From: Haplodiscus bocki | Lineage: Eukaryota | DNA length: 64,000 nt | Assembly (NCBI GenBank): GCA_965655095.1 | Contig: OZ296648.1 | Coordinates: forward strand, 150,908,001-150,972,000 | Direction of reading: 5' to 3' | Shown here: in pieces, positions 41,095-53,086 of the stretch | Layout of the letters: each line of letters starts with the position of its first letter | How positions within the stretch are numbered: the first letter of the stretch is position 1 | Notes under the pieces: generated by a model | Seen by the model: only the letters and a program-made list of their open reading frames with translations | Told to the model about the DNA's origin: nothing | Databases searched by the model: none | Position numbers and translations under genes: made by a program

Positions 41095-41960
41095 CGATAA
41101 ATCTATTTGGTAGTGCATCTGGAAAAACAGAAAATAAAGTTGATGCATCGCTTTTTCTACAAAAACTGTATTTCAGATCTAAATCTAATCAAAGTAATAT
41201 AAATGTAGTTATTGAAATGAAGGATCAATTCAAAAATGAAAATTTATCAGACCCAAACAGCATCAAAGAACCAGCTTCGAAGTTACATGTTGATAAAAAT
41301 TTCAACGACCGTAGTATAACAAAAAACTCCGCACTTGTTGACTTCATTGAGGAAAATCTCGATATTGTTCGTTTTGTTAAAGTAAATAGTCTACCAGCTG
41401 TGCGAGAGCATTTAACACCTAAGTTATGTTTTGATTTTGCAACCTATAAAAGCGTAGACGAGTAATCATTGTTAAGATTAGACGCTAATTAAAAATAGGA
41501 AGTATATGAACATGATTTTGTAATTTTTGATTCTGGTTTATAATCACCAAAAACAAAAATACAAATACCTACCGAAACTTATGTTGATTCTTTGTCTGCA
41601 AACGACAGAAATAGACGAGATTTGTCAACAGTGTTCAACGATCAAGATAATGAGATTGATAATATTAAGCTCGCAAAATTAGATAGACTTTCAATAAATA
41701 AAAGTCCACATCTAAACAAGAACTGGCAAATGAAACCAGACATAACAACGACGAGCCAGAAAAAAACTATTCTAAGCTTTAATCAAATGTTACAAAAATT
41801 TTTGAAACCTATTGTTGGTAACACTGAATTCAATCTTACCAGATATGGTTGAATGCACAATGCAGATACAACAGGTTTTTAAATATCCAAAACATGGTGG
41901 AGACCTCTTATAACATTGGTTTATAAATTGTAATGCTGAAAACAATGCTGGCAAAGTACA
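41095..41960 (+). pseudogene. Fiber/tail-like repetitive structural protein remnant
   Basis: NLSDPNSIKEPASKLHVD, LPAVREHLTPKLCFD and IPTETYVD are variants of the ...K.YVD repeat. Confidence 0.5.
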
Positions 41961-42214
41961 AAAAAATATATGAAGAACAACAAGAAACTCAAAATCTTCA
42001 AAAAATCAATATCAAGTTATTATATTAAAAAAATGAAACAGAAGTTATATCTTATCCAAAAAAGAAAGAAAAGAAGTTATTGAAAAACCTAAAATTGATG
42101 TGTAATGTCCCCAATGTAGAACTTGCAATTGGATTGTATTTGAACAAAGGTTAATTATGCCCATTTTGGGAATTTGGTATTAAAAAACAAAAACATCAAG
42201 TCGACAGAAACTTA

Positions 42215-42598
42215 ATGAAGCACAATAAAAATTTTTCTACGAGACTACCTTGTGCAAATAAAAAGACAAGAGGTATAAAATTTTCTATGGTGAAAACAAA
42301 ATATAAAACGATGGAAGATACGATTAAAAAACAACAAAGTTTAAGAGGTGAGACAAAAGTAAAAGTTCATCAAATTATGAGTAAGTTTTACAAAGAAACG
42401 CATTATCGTACACAAAGTGGGTATTTTCAATATGAGGAAAACCCTTTAAGTAAAAACAATCAAGGTTTAGCTAAAATTAAACAAGAAGCTTTGTTGTTAA
42501 TGAAACTTTCGTGGACAAAGCCTCAGGTTAAAAATATGAATACAATTCATTATGGCTTGTGTTTTATTACCATTGGAAGAGAAATTGACATCTCATAA
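42215..42598 (+). CDS. Polinton hypothetical protein (probably a partial pseudogene)
   Basis: 127-aa basic ORF between the structural genes and pPolB. Confidence 0.4.
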   Translation: MKHNKNFSTRLPCANKKTRGIKFSMVKTKYKTMEDTIKKQQSLRGETKVKVHQIMSKFYKETHYRTQSGYFQYEENPLSKNNQGLAKIKQEALLLMKLSWTKPQVKNMNTIHYGLCFITIGREIDIS

Positions 42599-42899
42599 AA
42601 ATCATTTATTACCATTGGAGGAGAAATTGACGTCTCATAAAAATCTTTTCAAGTTCTTTATACAAGACAAACAAGGACTTAAAAAGAAAATTAGCTGCAG
42701 GTTAACTATTTGTATTATTGATGTTCAATGAGCAGTTTTTGCAAAGCACTTGAGAAGCACACAGCTTGAAGAATGTTTTAAAGTTTTTCCCTCTTTTACA
42801 TTGAATCCTTTGAAAAAAACAAAACCAAACGAAAACATTTTTCAGTCCTAAACCTTTAAACAAATAGCTAGAAAAAATAGTAAAAAAGTTGATAAACAA

Positions 42900-45800
42900 T
42901 TTTATAGAAACTAGCTGAAAAAAAATAAACCCTTACTACTTAACAAACAGTGTGTAAAAAACTGGATTTAATTTCAGTTATATGTTCATCATAATAATCA
43001 TCTAAATTCTAAATTAACCTTTTCACCAAAATATTTGGAAATTTAAAAAAATCATGTTAATAACAAAAGGAAACAGATAGATAGCACATTTGCAAGAGCA
43101 ATGAATCAATATAAATTTAGATATCGAACAGTGCTTTCAGCTAGTTTTACTGAACAGTATGAAGACGATCAAGTATCAGATAGAATTGAGTTATACATTA
43201 ATTTAAAGAATAATCAAAATATAACAAAGTCGGACATTGATAATAACAACGCTAGATTGCAATTAGAACAACAGATTCAGAATCAAGACTCAAAAGCTAG
43301 TGGTTGCAGATTTGATAAAAGTAATTCAACATTACATTCCATTGAAACTACTGAATTGAACGGATGAAGTTGTATGAAATTTCCGAAAAGAAATTCAACT
43401 GTCTTAAATAGTGAGAATGATGATAGGTTTCGTTCCTTTTGGTCTATATTATCTCATCTTCATCCTTTTGAAAATATTCATGCTAATAAAGTATCGAAAT
43501 ATAAACACTATTGTGATGAGTTAAGCATTCAAGGATTCGATTCGCTAAAGGTTTCAAACGTACTAATCTCGATATAATCAATAAAGTAAAAAATTTATCC
43601 AAAAAAATATTTGAGGTACGTTTCAATCCACGTCAAATTGACTGGAATAAAACACAAACAAAGATGTGAACAACGGGAAATAACCGCTATTAAAACCTCA
43701 AATGAATCTCAACTATTTTCGAGAAAACATTTCCGAAAGAGTTCAATAATTTTCAGGATATATGCAGATTTTGGAGCCGATAATGAAATTGATAAATCTA
43801 GTGTTGGAAAAAAAACAACTAAAATCTATAAACAAAATCCAGTCTGTAATGATTATTGAAAGGTATCTGGGTTGAAGGATGTTGTACAAAGTGGTTGTTG
43901 TCAACATCTTGTAGGATTTGGTAAGGTAGATTGGTTTGTGGATGAAATATTAAACTTCGAAAATGAACTAAATTTCTACATTAAGAACACGTAAAAAGAT
44001 ATTTTAACGACTGAAGAAAGAAAACATTTTTGAAAAAATAATGTTTGTTGATTTCGTGAGGAAGAAATAACTTCCGATTAGGTTAGATATCATAGTCATT
44101 TAACGGGCGTATACAAAAGACCGGCTTCTAATAAATGTAACACTAATGTTCCAGAGAAACAAAGTAATTATATTCCATTTATCTTTCATAATGTTAGTAT
44201 CTACGATTGTCATCTATTGTTCAAATTGTTAGTCGATATGGAAAAAGATTCAGTAAAAATTGGTTTTATTTCTGAGACAAATGAAAAATTTATATCAGTA
44301 ACATATGGTTGTATTCAATATATTGGTAGCTATAGATTTTTATCAAGCAGTGCAGATTCACTATTTATAACTTTTGTTGATATTAATCATGAAACGCTTA
44401 AAAACTTGACAGAAGAAATTATCGGAGATCTTTTTTTAAAGATTGCTAATGAAATAGTTAATTTGATTAGTGAGGATAGATATGATATTGATTCTATTGG
44501 AGCTTTGAAAAAGGATTTTCTATATCAATATGAAAATTTAGAAGAAGCTTTATTTAAGTGTATATGTGAAAAAGATCCTAAATTTTTGAAAACAGAAATT
44601 CCTGATAAATGGAATTGTCTAAGTAAGAAATTAGCATGACCTTATGAATTTTTCAAAAGTATTGATGATTATCAAAAACCACTTACCAACTTGAAAAAAG
44701 AAGATTTTCTCAGTAAGTTAAAAGCTGATTATCCTAGTGATGAAGAAACAGAATGAACAAAAGATATGAATAAAATATTCAATGTTAAAAACGGAGACGA
44801 ATTGACAAATATATACCTAAAGACTGATGTTTTTTCTACTTACATGTGTTTTTGAGAAAACTATAAAAGTGTCAGTTAAGGAATCTGATATCAATCCAAT
44901 GTTTTGCTTAATTCCACTTGGTTTCACATGGCTGTGTGGAATGAAATATACATGAACAAATTCTCAAACACTTCAAAATGAAGAAATAATTTTGTTATTA
45001 GAAAAAAAAATACGAGGAGGAATTTCATCACAATTGGGAGACAGATATGAAAAATGAGATGAAAGCAAAAAAATTTTAAACATAGATGCCACCAATTTCT
45101 ACGTTTGGGCTCTTAGAAAAACTTTACCTTCTGATGAAATTAAATTTCCTAAAAATATCAATTCAGAAGATATATTAAATACTCCTGATGATTCGGATAT
45201 TGGTTAGTTCGTTGAAGTTGATTTAGATTATCCTAATGATATAAAGGCAAAAACTAACTTATGTCCATTTCGTCCTGGAGAAAAGTTAGTCCTCAAGATA
45301 TAATTAGTGATTATATGAAAAAGATGAGGCCGAAAATTTACACACGAAATAAGAAGCTAATATGTGATTGGACTGAAAAAAAGAATCATTTAATTCATTA
45401 TAGGATGTTGAAGTGTTATGTTAGACATGGGAAGCTAGCTGAATAATTTTAGGAGATAATTTCGTTTGAACAAAGTAAATGGTTACAACATTATATGAGC
45501 TTTGATACCCAAAAAAGAAATGCATCAATAGGCAAAAGTGAAAAAGACTTCTAGAAATTACTCACTAACGCATTTTATTGAAAGACAATGGAAAATGTAC
45601 GGAAAAGAAGAAATTTAAATTTTTGGAACAAGATAAGGGTGAAGAAATTATCAAACAACAATCAAAACTAAACTTCAATGGAACCCATATATCCTATAAA
45701 GTTATGATAGTTACACATTTAAGCAAAATGAAGTTATTTTGCATGAGCCGATTTTTTTAAGATTAACGGTTTTAGTCCTGAGTAAATTGTTGATGTATGA

Positions 45801-46320
45801 AACATGTTATGACCATCGACAATAATCTTAAGGAGAAAAAAATAAACAATTACACTTAATGGGCACTGATAGTTTCGTATTAAATCTAAATACTGATACT
45901 GTGTAATCAAAACTTGCAAAATCCTTTTGATTTATTTCATTTCAGCAATATAACCAAAGGTGATGAAATATTTGGCAAAGAAAACAAAAAGGTGGTTGGT
46001 AAATTTAAACTAGAAACTCTTGGAATTTTTCTCATAGAGGAATTTTTTGTTTAAGAAGTGAAGTAAAATCTTTTAAAAGTGGAAGTGATATTGAAAAACA
46101 ACCTAAAAAGTACTTCTAAATCCCAGAAGAAAAATACTAAAATTGATGAGAAACACAACTGTTTATTTGGAAGAGAAAATGAAAAAAGAAATAAAATAAG
46201 TATGCAGTTCATCCAAATAAACTTGAAATGTATCTTCAAAAAATACGTAATTCTTCACTATCATGTTTTGATGAGAAACGTGAATTTTTGAATGAAATTG
46301 AAGACATACCTTGGATTTAA
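42900..46320 (+). pseudogene. polB: Protein-primed family B DNA polymerase (pPolB) with EndoVII-like insert
   Basis: ExoI RIYADFGAD; VRYHSHLTGVYKRPASNKCN; ExoII IFHNVSIYDCHL; motif A NIDATNFYVWAL; motif B KLLTNAFY.KTMEN; motif C HLMGTDSF; C-terminal LSCFDEKREFLNEIEDIPWI*. Confidence 0.93.
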
Positions 46321-46790
46321 TAATAAGAAATGAATAGAAAATTGAAAGATATATATAAACGGACTATAATTGTTAAAACTAATGATAATACTCAGATGCA
46401 TAATTTTCGAGGCGAGAAAATTGTAAGATATTATGATAGAATTCTATCTAATCAAAAGAAATGTAATAAAAACTCCATTGACCAAAACCAAACTTCTCAC
46501 CAACAGAACAAAAAAGTTTTTTCTTAGTGTTGTTTGAAATTGCTTAGATGTACTTTGAAGTTTAATTTATATAAATTTATATAAAAATATATTATTACGC
46601 AGCTGGAAAAATTGAAATTTGCATGAATTTATAATGTTTGAGAAAGTTTTTTTCTTGTTTTTTTCTCTACTTTTCCTGTGTACCCCCAAAGATATGGTAA
46701 AATTTTACTTCATTTCATTAATTTTTATTGTATTTTCCAGTGTACCCCCCTTGATTTAGTATATTTAGACCTATTTTGTTTATTACATAG
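46190..46790 (+). repeat. Right terminal inverted repeat (overlaps the pPolB 3' end)
   Basis: Reverse-complement homology to 36370-36960, roughly 70% by eye. Confidence 0.88.
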
Positions 46791-48942
46791 TACATATGCG
46801 GCAAAAAACTAAAAAAAAAAAAAGAGAAACGACCCTACTGATTGAATAATTTTTCTTTCACATTACATAATATTACATAAAAAATAATAGGGAATGATAA
46901 TATCAAATAAAGTTCCGGATGAAACAGTTGGGGAAACTTTATGATTTCCTTGTATGAATTGCTTTTGGATTTCTTTCGAATTATTTTCGAGAATGTTTTC
47001 GTTTTAAAAGAGTGTTCGAATAATGTTATTCTTATGTCAACCACAGTAATTTGAGCCATGAAACATCTCAATATTCCAGAAATTGTTTGAAGAAATATAA
47101 ATTGAGAATAATATTGACTTAGATTTTCAGATTCAGTTGGAACATTAATGGCTTGGAGATATCAATCTTTTCAGAATGGGGGGTTTCGAGCATTTCTGGA
47201 AGCTTAAATTAAAAAACAAGCTTAGAAACGCAGATTGTGGAACCAGTATCCTCAAGCTTAAAAAACGATCAAAATTAAGAATTGATGCAGATGTCTAGAA
47301 TTTCAACGTCGGCCGGAAAGGCTGTCATGTTTCGAGCAAGAACTCTTTCATTTTGGTGTGGTCTCTTGGTTTTCATTTTTCTTTCATTTCTCATGCTCAA
47401 TTCATAAGGGGATTTCGGTTCCGAGTAAACTCTGGATTTTGAGTTTTTATGTGAAGTTTATGAAACTTAAGGAATTGGAATGTTTTTTGAGCCAAAGGTT
47501 AAATTGTTGGTTGTTCGTTTGCATGAATTTTGATTTTGAAAAGCATTGAAATTTTGATTTTGAAGATATTGAGCAAGAGTAAAAAATCTCTTTTTCTTCT
47601 GTTTTCGCTTTGTGTTCGAAGGAAAATTTGTATCGATTGATTTGTCTTTTGACAACCATTCCAATGTTTGCTGTTTCTTTTTTAGTGTGGAGCATTAATT
47701 TGAGCGAACACTACTTCAGGAGTACTTTATGACGAAATCGAATTCTTCTTCATTGGGAGAGAAAACTTTCATCTACAGAAAACGATGAAGAAAATTCATT
47801 TTGTAATCGAAATCCCAGACTGAAGCAATTCCAAAACGTCATGATTGGTTAGATGCTGTTTATTTTTTACGTCGTTGAGTATATGCGTTATTTTAGAAAG
47901 ATGTTAGCGCAAGGTTGTTTTAATTCTTCTTCAGGTGTGGACTGGTGATAAAGTTCAGCAAAGGTTTCCAGAGAACCATTCTTTGCTAGAAAACTACGGT
48001 AAGATTTTGAGTAGGTTGATTGTGCGTCTGAGTAGGAGCAATAAATGGCTGTTATAGATCAGATAAAGTACTTGCCGAAAAAATGGTTTGATATTGAACT
48101 GTTTGGTGTTCCGAAATTGTATGTGGGTGGTATAACGATTTAAATTAAGTTGCAGTAGTAAGTAAATGAGTAGTTGTTCGGATTGTATTTGTATTTGTAC
48201 ATGACACCAAGTAACCTTCAGCTGCAGTGACAAAACATTAGAGAAGTTTCAATCGGAGGAACTTCAAAAAAATCCGATTTTTTGGAGGTAACCAGCAGTA
48301 CAAATGCTTTAATATTGAATTCTTTCGAATCAACGGCTAGTATAGATGCTACGATATGAAATAGTGGCTACAGTATTCGAAAATAATTGTTGGGGTTGTT
48401 AAATGTTGCCTATTCGCAGCTGTACAATATTTCCAGTTTTAGTTAATTTCTGACTCATTTCTATTATTAAGTAAAACGATTCTTTCAGTTTGCTTCCTCA
48501 CATACATACTGTACTGCTCAAGATTGTAGAATTGTTTGTAAAGTCCAAGGATTCAAAACATATTCTACAAACTTTTCTGGTGGCTTTCCAAATCTTCGTG
48601 AATGTTGAGTTTGAAAATCCCATGTCCGATTGATCACAATCAGCATTAATATTCCTATATCAAAAAGAAGCCCTCTAGATGAAGTCGAGACACCACTTGT
48701 TTTCACAAATACATTTTTCAGGAGATACCTTTTTATCTGTGACAACAAATTCAGTTCTCCTGCAACTTCGGTTTTGTTTGGGACCAGAATTTCGATGTCT
48801 CTTAATTGTGAAAGTTTCAACCACAAATTTATTGGTTGCTGATATGGAAGCGTTGAGCTGTCCAAAAAATCTGACGTGATTACTAATGTGGGTGAAAAAT
48901 CTGGTAATAAATTTTTATTCAAAATAAAATATCAGTTGAAAG

Positions 48943-49427
48943 TGTGACGACTGTATGTGTTAAACTTTACTTTTTGCTCGAGCGGCTTACTTTTGTTCTT
49001 CCTTGACTATACCTATTAGAGAAATCACTCTATGTCGTTTGGTATTAAGTGCGAGACGTCAACTTCACAACCATGCATTAGTCAATACAGCAGATCTTGC
49101 AAGTTCTACTTGTTTCCTGAGAGAGAGAAGCTACGCTGGTACCTTACCGCCTCTAAGCTCACGGCTTTCAATCAATCTCTCGCTGACCAGGACCTAAGCG
49201 GGCCTCTACATAATTTGTCCGCCCGGTACAGAGTGAATTTCAGTAATATCTACTATCACCTCTGTGCAAGCGAAATGTTTCTTCGTTCCTCAATATCTAA
49301 ATTCTGTAACTTTTATTACTGGGGGTTGTGGTTTTGACTTTCTATCTTTTCAAATTTTAGCAAGCTCTGAAAAAACTCCGTCTTTCTCTGGGTTTTTTTC
49401 GTATGCGCGTTTCTGGTTCTCGTCACA
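48943..49427 (-). mobile_element. LTR copy A (485 bp, TGTGACGA...TCGTCACA)
   Basis: Perfect 8-bp terminal inverted repeat; direct repeat of 61216-61699. Confidence 0.88.
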
Positions 49428-51195
49428 CATATGATTTTGTTAGTAGTGAGTCTGGGATTACTCTAATACTTTTGAATTGAAAAAGCAGTTTAAACTGTTT
49501 TAACGTTACAGAGAAGGGATTTGTTTGAAGCTTGCTATAATGAAAGTAAGAGGAACAAACTTATGAATCAGGTTGAATATTTTTTTTTCGTTAAGATACT
49601 GTTGAAGCAAATTTATGTTTTACAATGAATAAAAATTATTTAACTAATAGTAGTAGAACTCACCGCATTTTCTTTGTGATCAAAAAAATTGACGAGTAGA
49701 AGAGGAATTATCGTAGGGATGGCAAATTGTGTGCCTTGTCTTCTTCTGTTGTCTTAGGATAGTAGATTGGTTGATATTGAAAATTGGTGAAAATGACCAG
49801 AGGCGTTGGAGGTGGTTTGTACAAAACGTTTCGTAGATTTTTGAACCTTACTAGACGTCTAACGTCTGACGATGAAGAATTTTGAATTATTGACTATTGA
49901 AACAGGCAACTGAATTTTATCGCAGGTGAGTCTATGAACTGATGGTTTTGGATACTTTGAGCACTGATCGTTTCTGCTCGTCCTTGTCTGGCATGATCAG
50001 GCCGACATGCTCTAGCTTTTTTTAGAAGTAACTATCTTCGGAATGGTTGTCCATGCAGCCGACTTGAAAGTAACTATTCTTGTTTCAGCTAATGCAACTA
50101 TGGAACGCGGACAAATTTTTCTAGTTGGGTTTTGAAGTAACAAATTTGATCGAAAAAAAAGTTGATAGTTACTAAATTTTGAAAGCAACTGAATTTTGAT
50201 AGCTACTAAATTTAATCTAGCTGGTGCTTTCTCATGACGTTCGTCAATTTGAAGTGTGGCGGCCATCTCCAAAACAGAAGTTCCTTCGTCAGGAGTATAA
50301 TTCTAGACAATCTTCTGAAGTGGCTGGCATGATGAAATAATGCCATCAATAGCGATGTGACCACATGTTTTATCTAAAGCACTAGTGGAGTGAGTTCATT
50401 TATTTAAATATAAAAAGCACCTGGTTACGTGGTTGAATTATGTGCGTAAAATATGCAAGTTTTGGCATGTTTAAGTTCGTGTTTAAGTTTAACGTTGTTC
50501 AATAATTCTTCATTCTTTCATATTTGGCATTGTCATAAAAGCGTCCTATATCAATGATGGTAATGTTTATCAGCAATCGAAGATCGATCAGTGTCCTAAT
50601 AAGTTAAATTTCAGGAAATTTCCCAAAAGCATTTTGAACAACAGAACTCTTCCTGAATTGATGAATATCGATAACCTTTTCCCAGAATCAGATGTGAGGT
50701 AAAGTTTCCCATAATGAGAGAATGGAACTTGATTTGAGGTATAGCAGTGTTGACGAATGCCAGTCTTACAGCAACAAAAGTGTATTGAATTGCATTTTTC
50801 TGGTGTGTCTTTCAGCAGCTAGAAATATGATTTTTGACAGTTCTTGATTTTTCCAGCCTCAGGGACTCAATAAAATCAATGCTTTCAAGCAGTTCATAAA
50901 ATGCTGATTGTAGAAAATCAGTTTAATGTTGATTTTGATTCGTTTCTTGTGAATTGTCAAAGAATTCTTTGATCGCTTCGGCAAAAGCTAAATAAATAAC
51001 TTTTTGACTCATGGAGTTCGTGAAATTTATGAAGTTTAGTGTCAGGGATTTATAGGCAAAAGGGAGATGCAAAATGGTCTCACTATTAAGAAGCTGCTAA
51101 GCTTTCAAAAAAAAGTTCGCTAATGAACTAATAACTTTTAGGCAATCGTATTCAGGTCAAAAGGGTTAGGAAGCATGTATGAATGGTTGTTGTTC
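48943..51195 (+). repeat. ~2.25-kb direct repeat of 61216-63550 (LTR + flank + element tail fragment)
   Basis: Near-identical sequence and duplicated ORFs (49032/61305; 50012/62286). Confidence 0.95.
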
Positions 51196-51609
51196 AGAAA
51201 ATAGATGTCGAAAGGTGCGTCGAGGAGAAGAATGTTTTTCGGTTGGCAGGCCGGGTGTTGGCGCTAGTACAATGGTGGAAGGAAACACTAGGGAGGCATC
51301 AAGGCGCAAATACAAGTGGGGTTGTTTACAGACGGGGCACTCGTCATTGCTCCGGGAAAGAAGAAGGTTAACGCACTTGGGGCAAGCGTAATGAGGGATG
51401 TGGCGGAAAGTGTGGAGACTGATGTTTTCATGCGCAGGGATGGACTTAAGGCAGACGGGGCACTGGCGATAGAAGGGGCCATGATGGCTGCATGGCTTGG
51501 TAGGGTTAACATCATAGAGCCAAGCGTTAGCCCAGTCAGAAGGGTTGAACTGTCGTCGAACGGGGTAAGTAAGACTATTCGAGTAAGTTTTGTAGGCACT
51601 AAAATTCAA
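51166..51609 (-). CDS. RING-finger accessory protein
   Basis: QCPVCLKSIPAHENISLHTFRHIPHYACPKCVNLLLSRSNDECPVCK; uninterrupted 147-aa ORF; third ligand position is non-canonical. Confidence 0.75.
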   Translation of the reverse strand: MNFSAYKTYSNSLTYPVRRQFNPSDWANAWLYDVNPTKPCSHHGPFYRQCPVCLKSIPAHENISLHTFRHIPHYACPKCVNLLLSRSNDECPVCKQPHLYLRLDASLVFPSTIVLAPTPGLPTEKHSSPRRTFRHLFSEQQPFIHAS

Positions 51610-51829
51610 AGCAATTGATATACGAGTACTAGTCCAGAATGTAAAATCAAATGAGAATGATTAAATTTGCGATAAAAAAATTGAAACTTGAAAGTCCTTA
51701 AGGTGCTACTAAAGTTACGTTTGGTATCAAATCAAAGGTAGTGCAATATTATAAAATCAGGAGCAGTAAAAAACCAGTTTGTGAAGTTGATATGAATGCT
51801 GAAAGTTGAAGTTGTGAAAACATTCGAGT

Positions 51830-52300
51830 TTACGAGACAGACTGAAATTCATGCGGGCAACCATTAGCAGGAGGGGCAGAGTTTAGGTCAACACGATGCC
51901 CCTGAGTGTCGTCAACGCGGAGAACATTTCGTGGGGTTTTATAGAAGTTAATGAGGTGTTTGCGCACATTAAGATAACGGATTTTATCCCATTGGTTAGC
52001 GGTTGGGGGGGGGGTGGTATGATTATATAAGTACAAAACAAATTCTGTCACTTGGGCACTGCGGTATGAGAAATGGATGGCAAAATTATCGTCAAGGGTC
52101 AGTTGGATGGTAGCCTCCGGGAAGATTAGGATGTAGTTAACGTTGTAGGCAGTGTCGTTATACACACACTGCCAAATGAACGTGACTGGGGCTACATTCC
52201 AAGCGTGTGGAGCGAAATTAAAAAATAATGTGACAAAATCACCAACGATTTAAAACAGAACGGGTGAATGAGTGGAACAAATGAAGGGGTTACACCAAAT
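51830..52300 (-). pseudogene. Unknown accessory domain, copy 2
   Basis: HAWNVAPVTFIWQCVYNDTAYNVNYILIFPEATIQLTLDD...WDKIRYLNVRKHLINFY; paralogue of 52395-52740. Confidence 0.6.
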
Positions 52301-52394
52301 GGGTTATGAATGAGAAGAGTTAGGACCGGAGACAGGTAGGGGTGCATTGGGGGTGACACAATCATTTTTGGATTCAACAGCTTCGCGAAAAAAA

Positions 52395-52740
52395 AGAGTG
52401 CGCGATATAAATTCATAAGATGACATCGAACATATAGAAACTTGAGTTTATCTCACCGATCAGAGATATGGATGGGGTCGATGTAGTAAAAAAAAACATC
52501 AAATTCAATCCATTGAATTTTTTTGTACAAAGAATGAAACGTGGTATTGTCCTGGAGGTTCAGTTGCAAGGTGCCCTCCGGGAAAAGTAGGACATTTGTA
52601 ATTGTATAAAACACTCCATTTAGCAGGCATTTCCATTTGAGATCTACGGGGGCAGCGCTCCAAGCGTGTTAGAAGGAATTGAAAAAAATTAAGGCGTAAG
52701 GTTTCAGGAAAGGGGAGTAAAGGGCCTTAAGAGGAGTGAA
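52395..52740 (-). pseudogene. Unknown accessory domain, copy 1
   Basis: HAWSAAPVDLKWKCLLNGV/YTITNVLLFPEGTLQLNLQD...DR*DKLKFLYVRCHLMNLY (one frameshift, one stop). Confidence 0.6.
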
Positions 52741-52747
52741 AATATTC

Positions 52748-53086
52748 TTAGTAAAAAAGTTCGCGGAGTCCAGTACATGAGGGGCAAATACGATGTGTGA
52801 GGAAGTATGGTGTGTGGGTGCAGCGGTGACAAATAGGGGTAGAAATGGGGCTAGTTTTACAGAGTGGGTTAAAACAATAAATAACGGCTGGGGCAAGATG
52901 ACAAATGAAACCCAAAGGGATAAAAGAATTTCGGACGGAAGCGACAAGTTGACGCAAAGATGGACAACATGTGCCTCGGTGAGAAACCAGACGGTCGAGG
53001 CAGGACTGGCAAAGTTCGTGCGGGACGTTGTTTGGTGTGTGGAGGGTCACAAGTGTTGCAACGTCTTCGAGGCAAATGAGACATTG
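52748..53086 (-). pseudogene. RING finger plus additional Cys-rich zinc finger, in frame with truncated env
   Basis: QCLICLED...HELCQSCLDRL...TCCPS then ICHL..CFNPLC..CHRC..CPSC. Confidence 0.7.

Larger units (their letters stand above)
36370..46790 (+). mobile_element. Polinton/Maverick-like endogenous virus relic (~10.4 kb)
   Basis: Terminal inverted repeats enclosing ATPase, minor capsid, major capsid, adenain protease and pPolB pseudogenes. Confidence 0.9.

Noticed and set aside
42562-42646. 42-bp tandem duplication
   Set aside because: Real, but an ordinary local slippage event in a dead element.
49003-49337. 101-aa ORF conserved in both LTR copies
   Set aside because: Conservation is explained by the recent duplication; no recognisable motif.
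48943-51195. Treating the whole 2.25-kb repeat as a canonical LTR pair
   Set aside because: The TG...CA inverted termini delimit only ~485 bp; the long repeat lacks a CA end, PPT and TSD. Kept only as an alternative in the findings.
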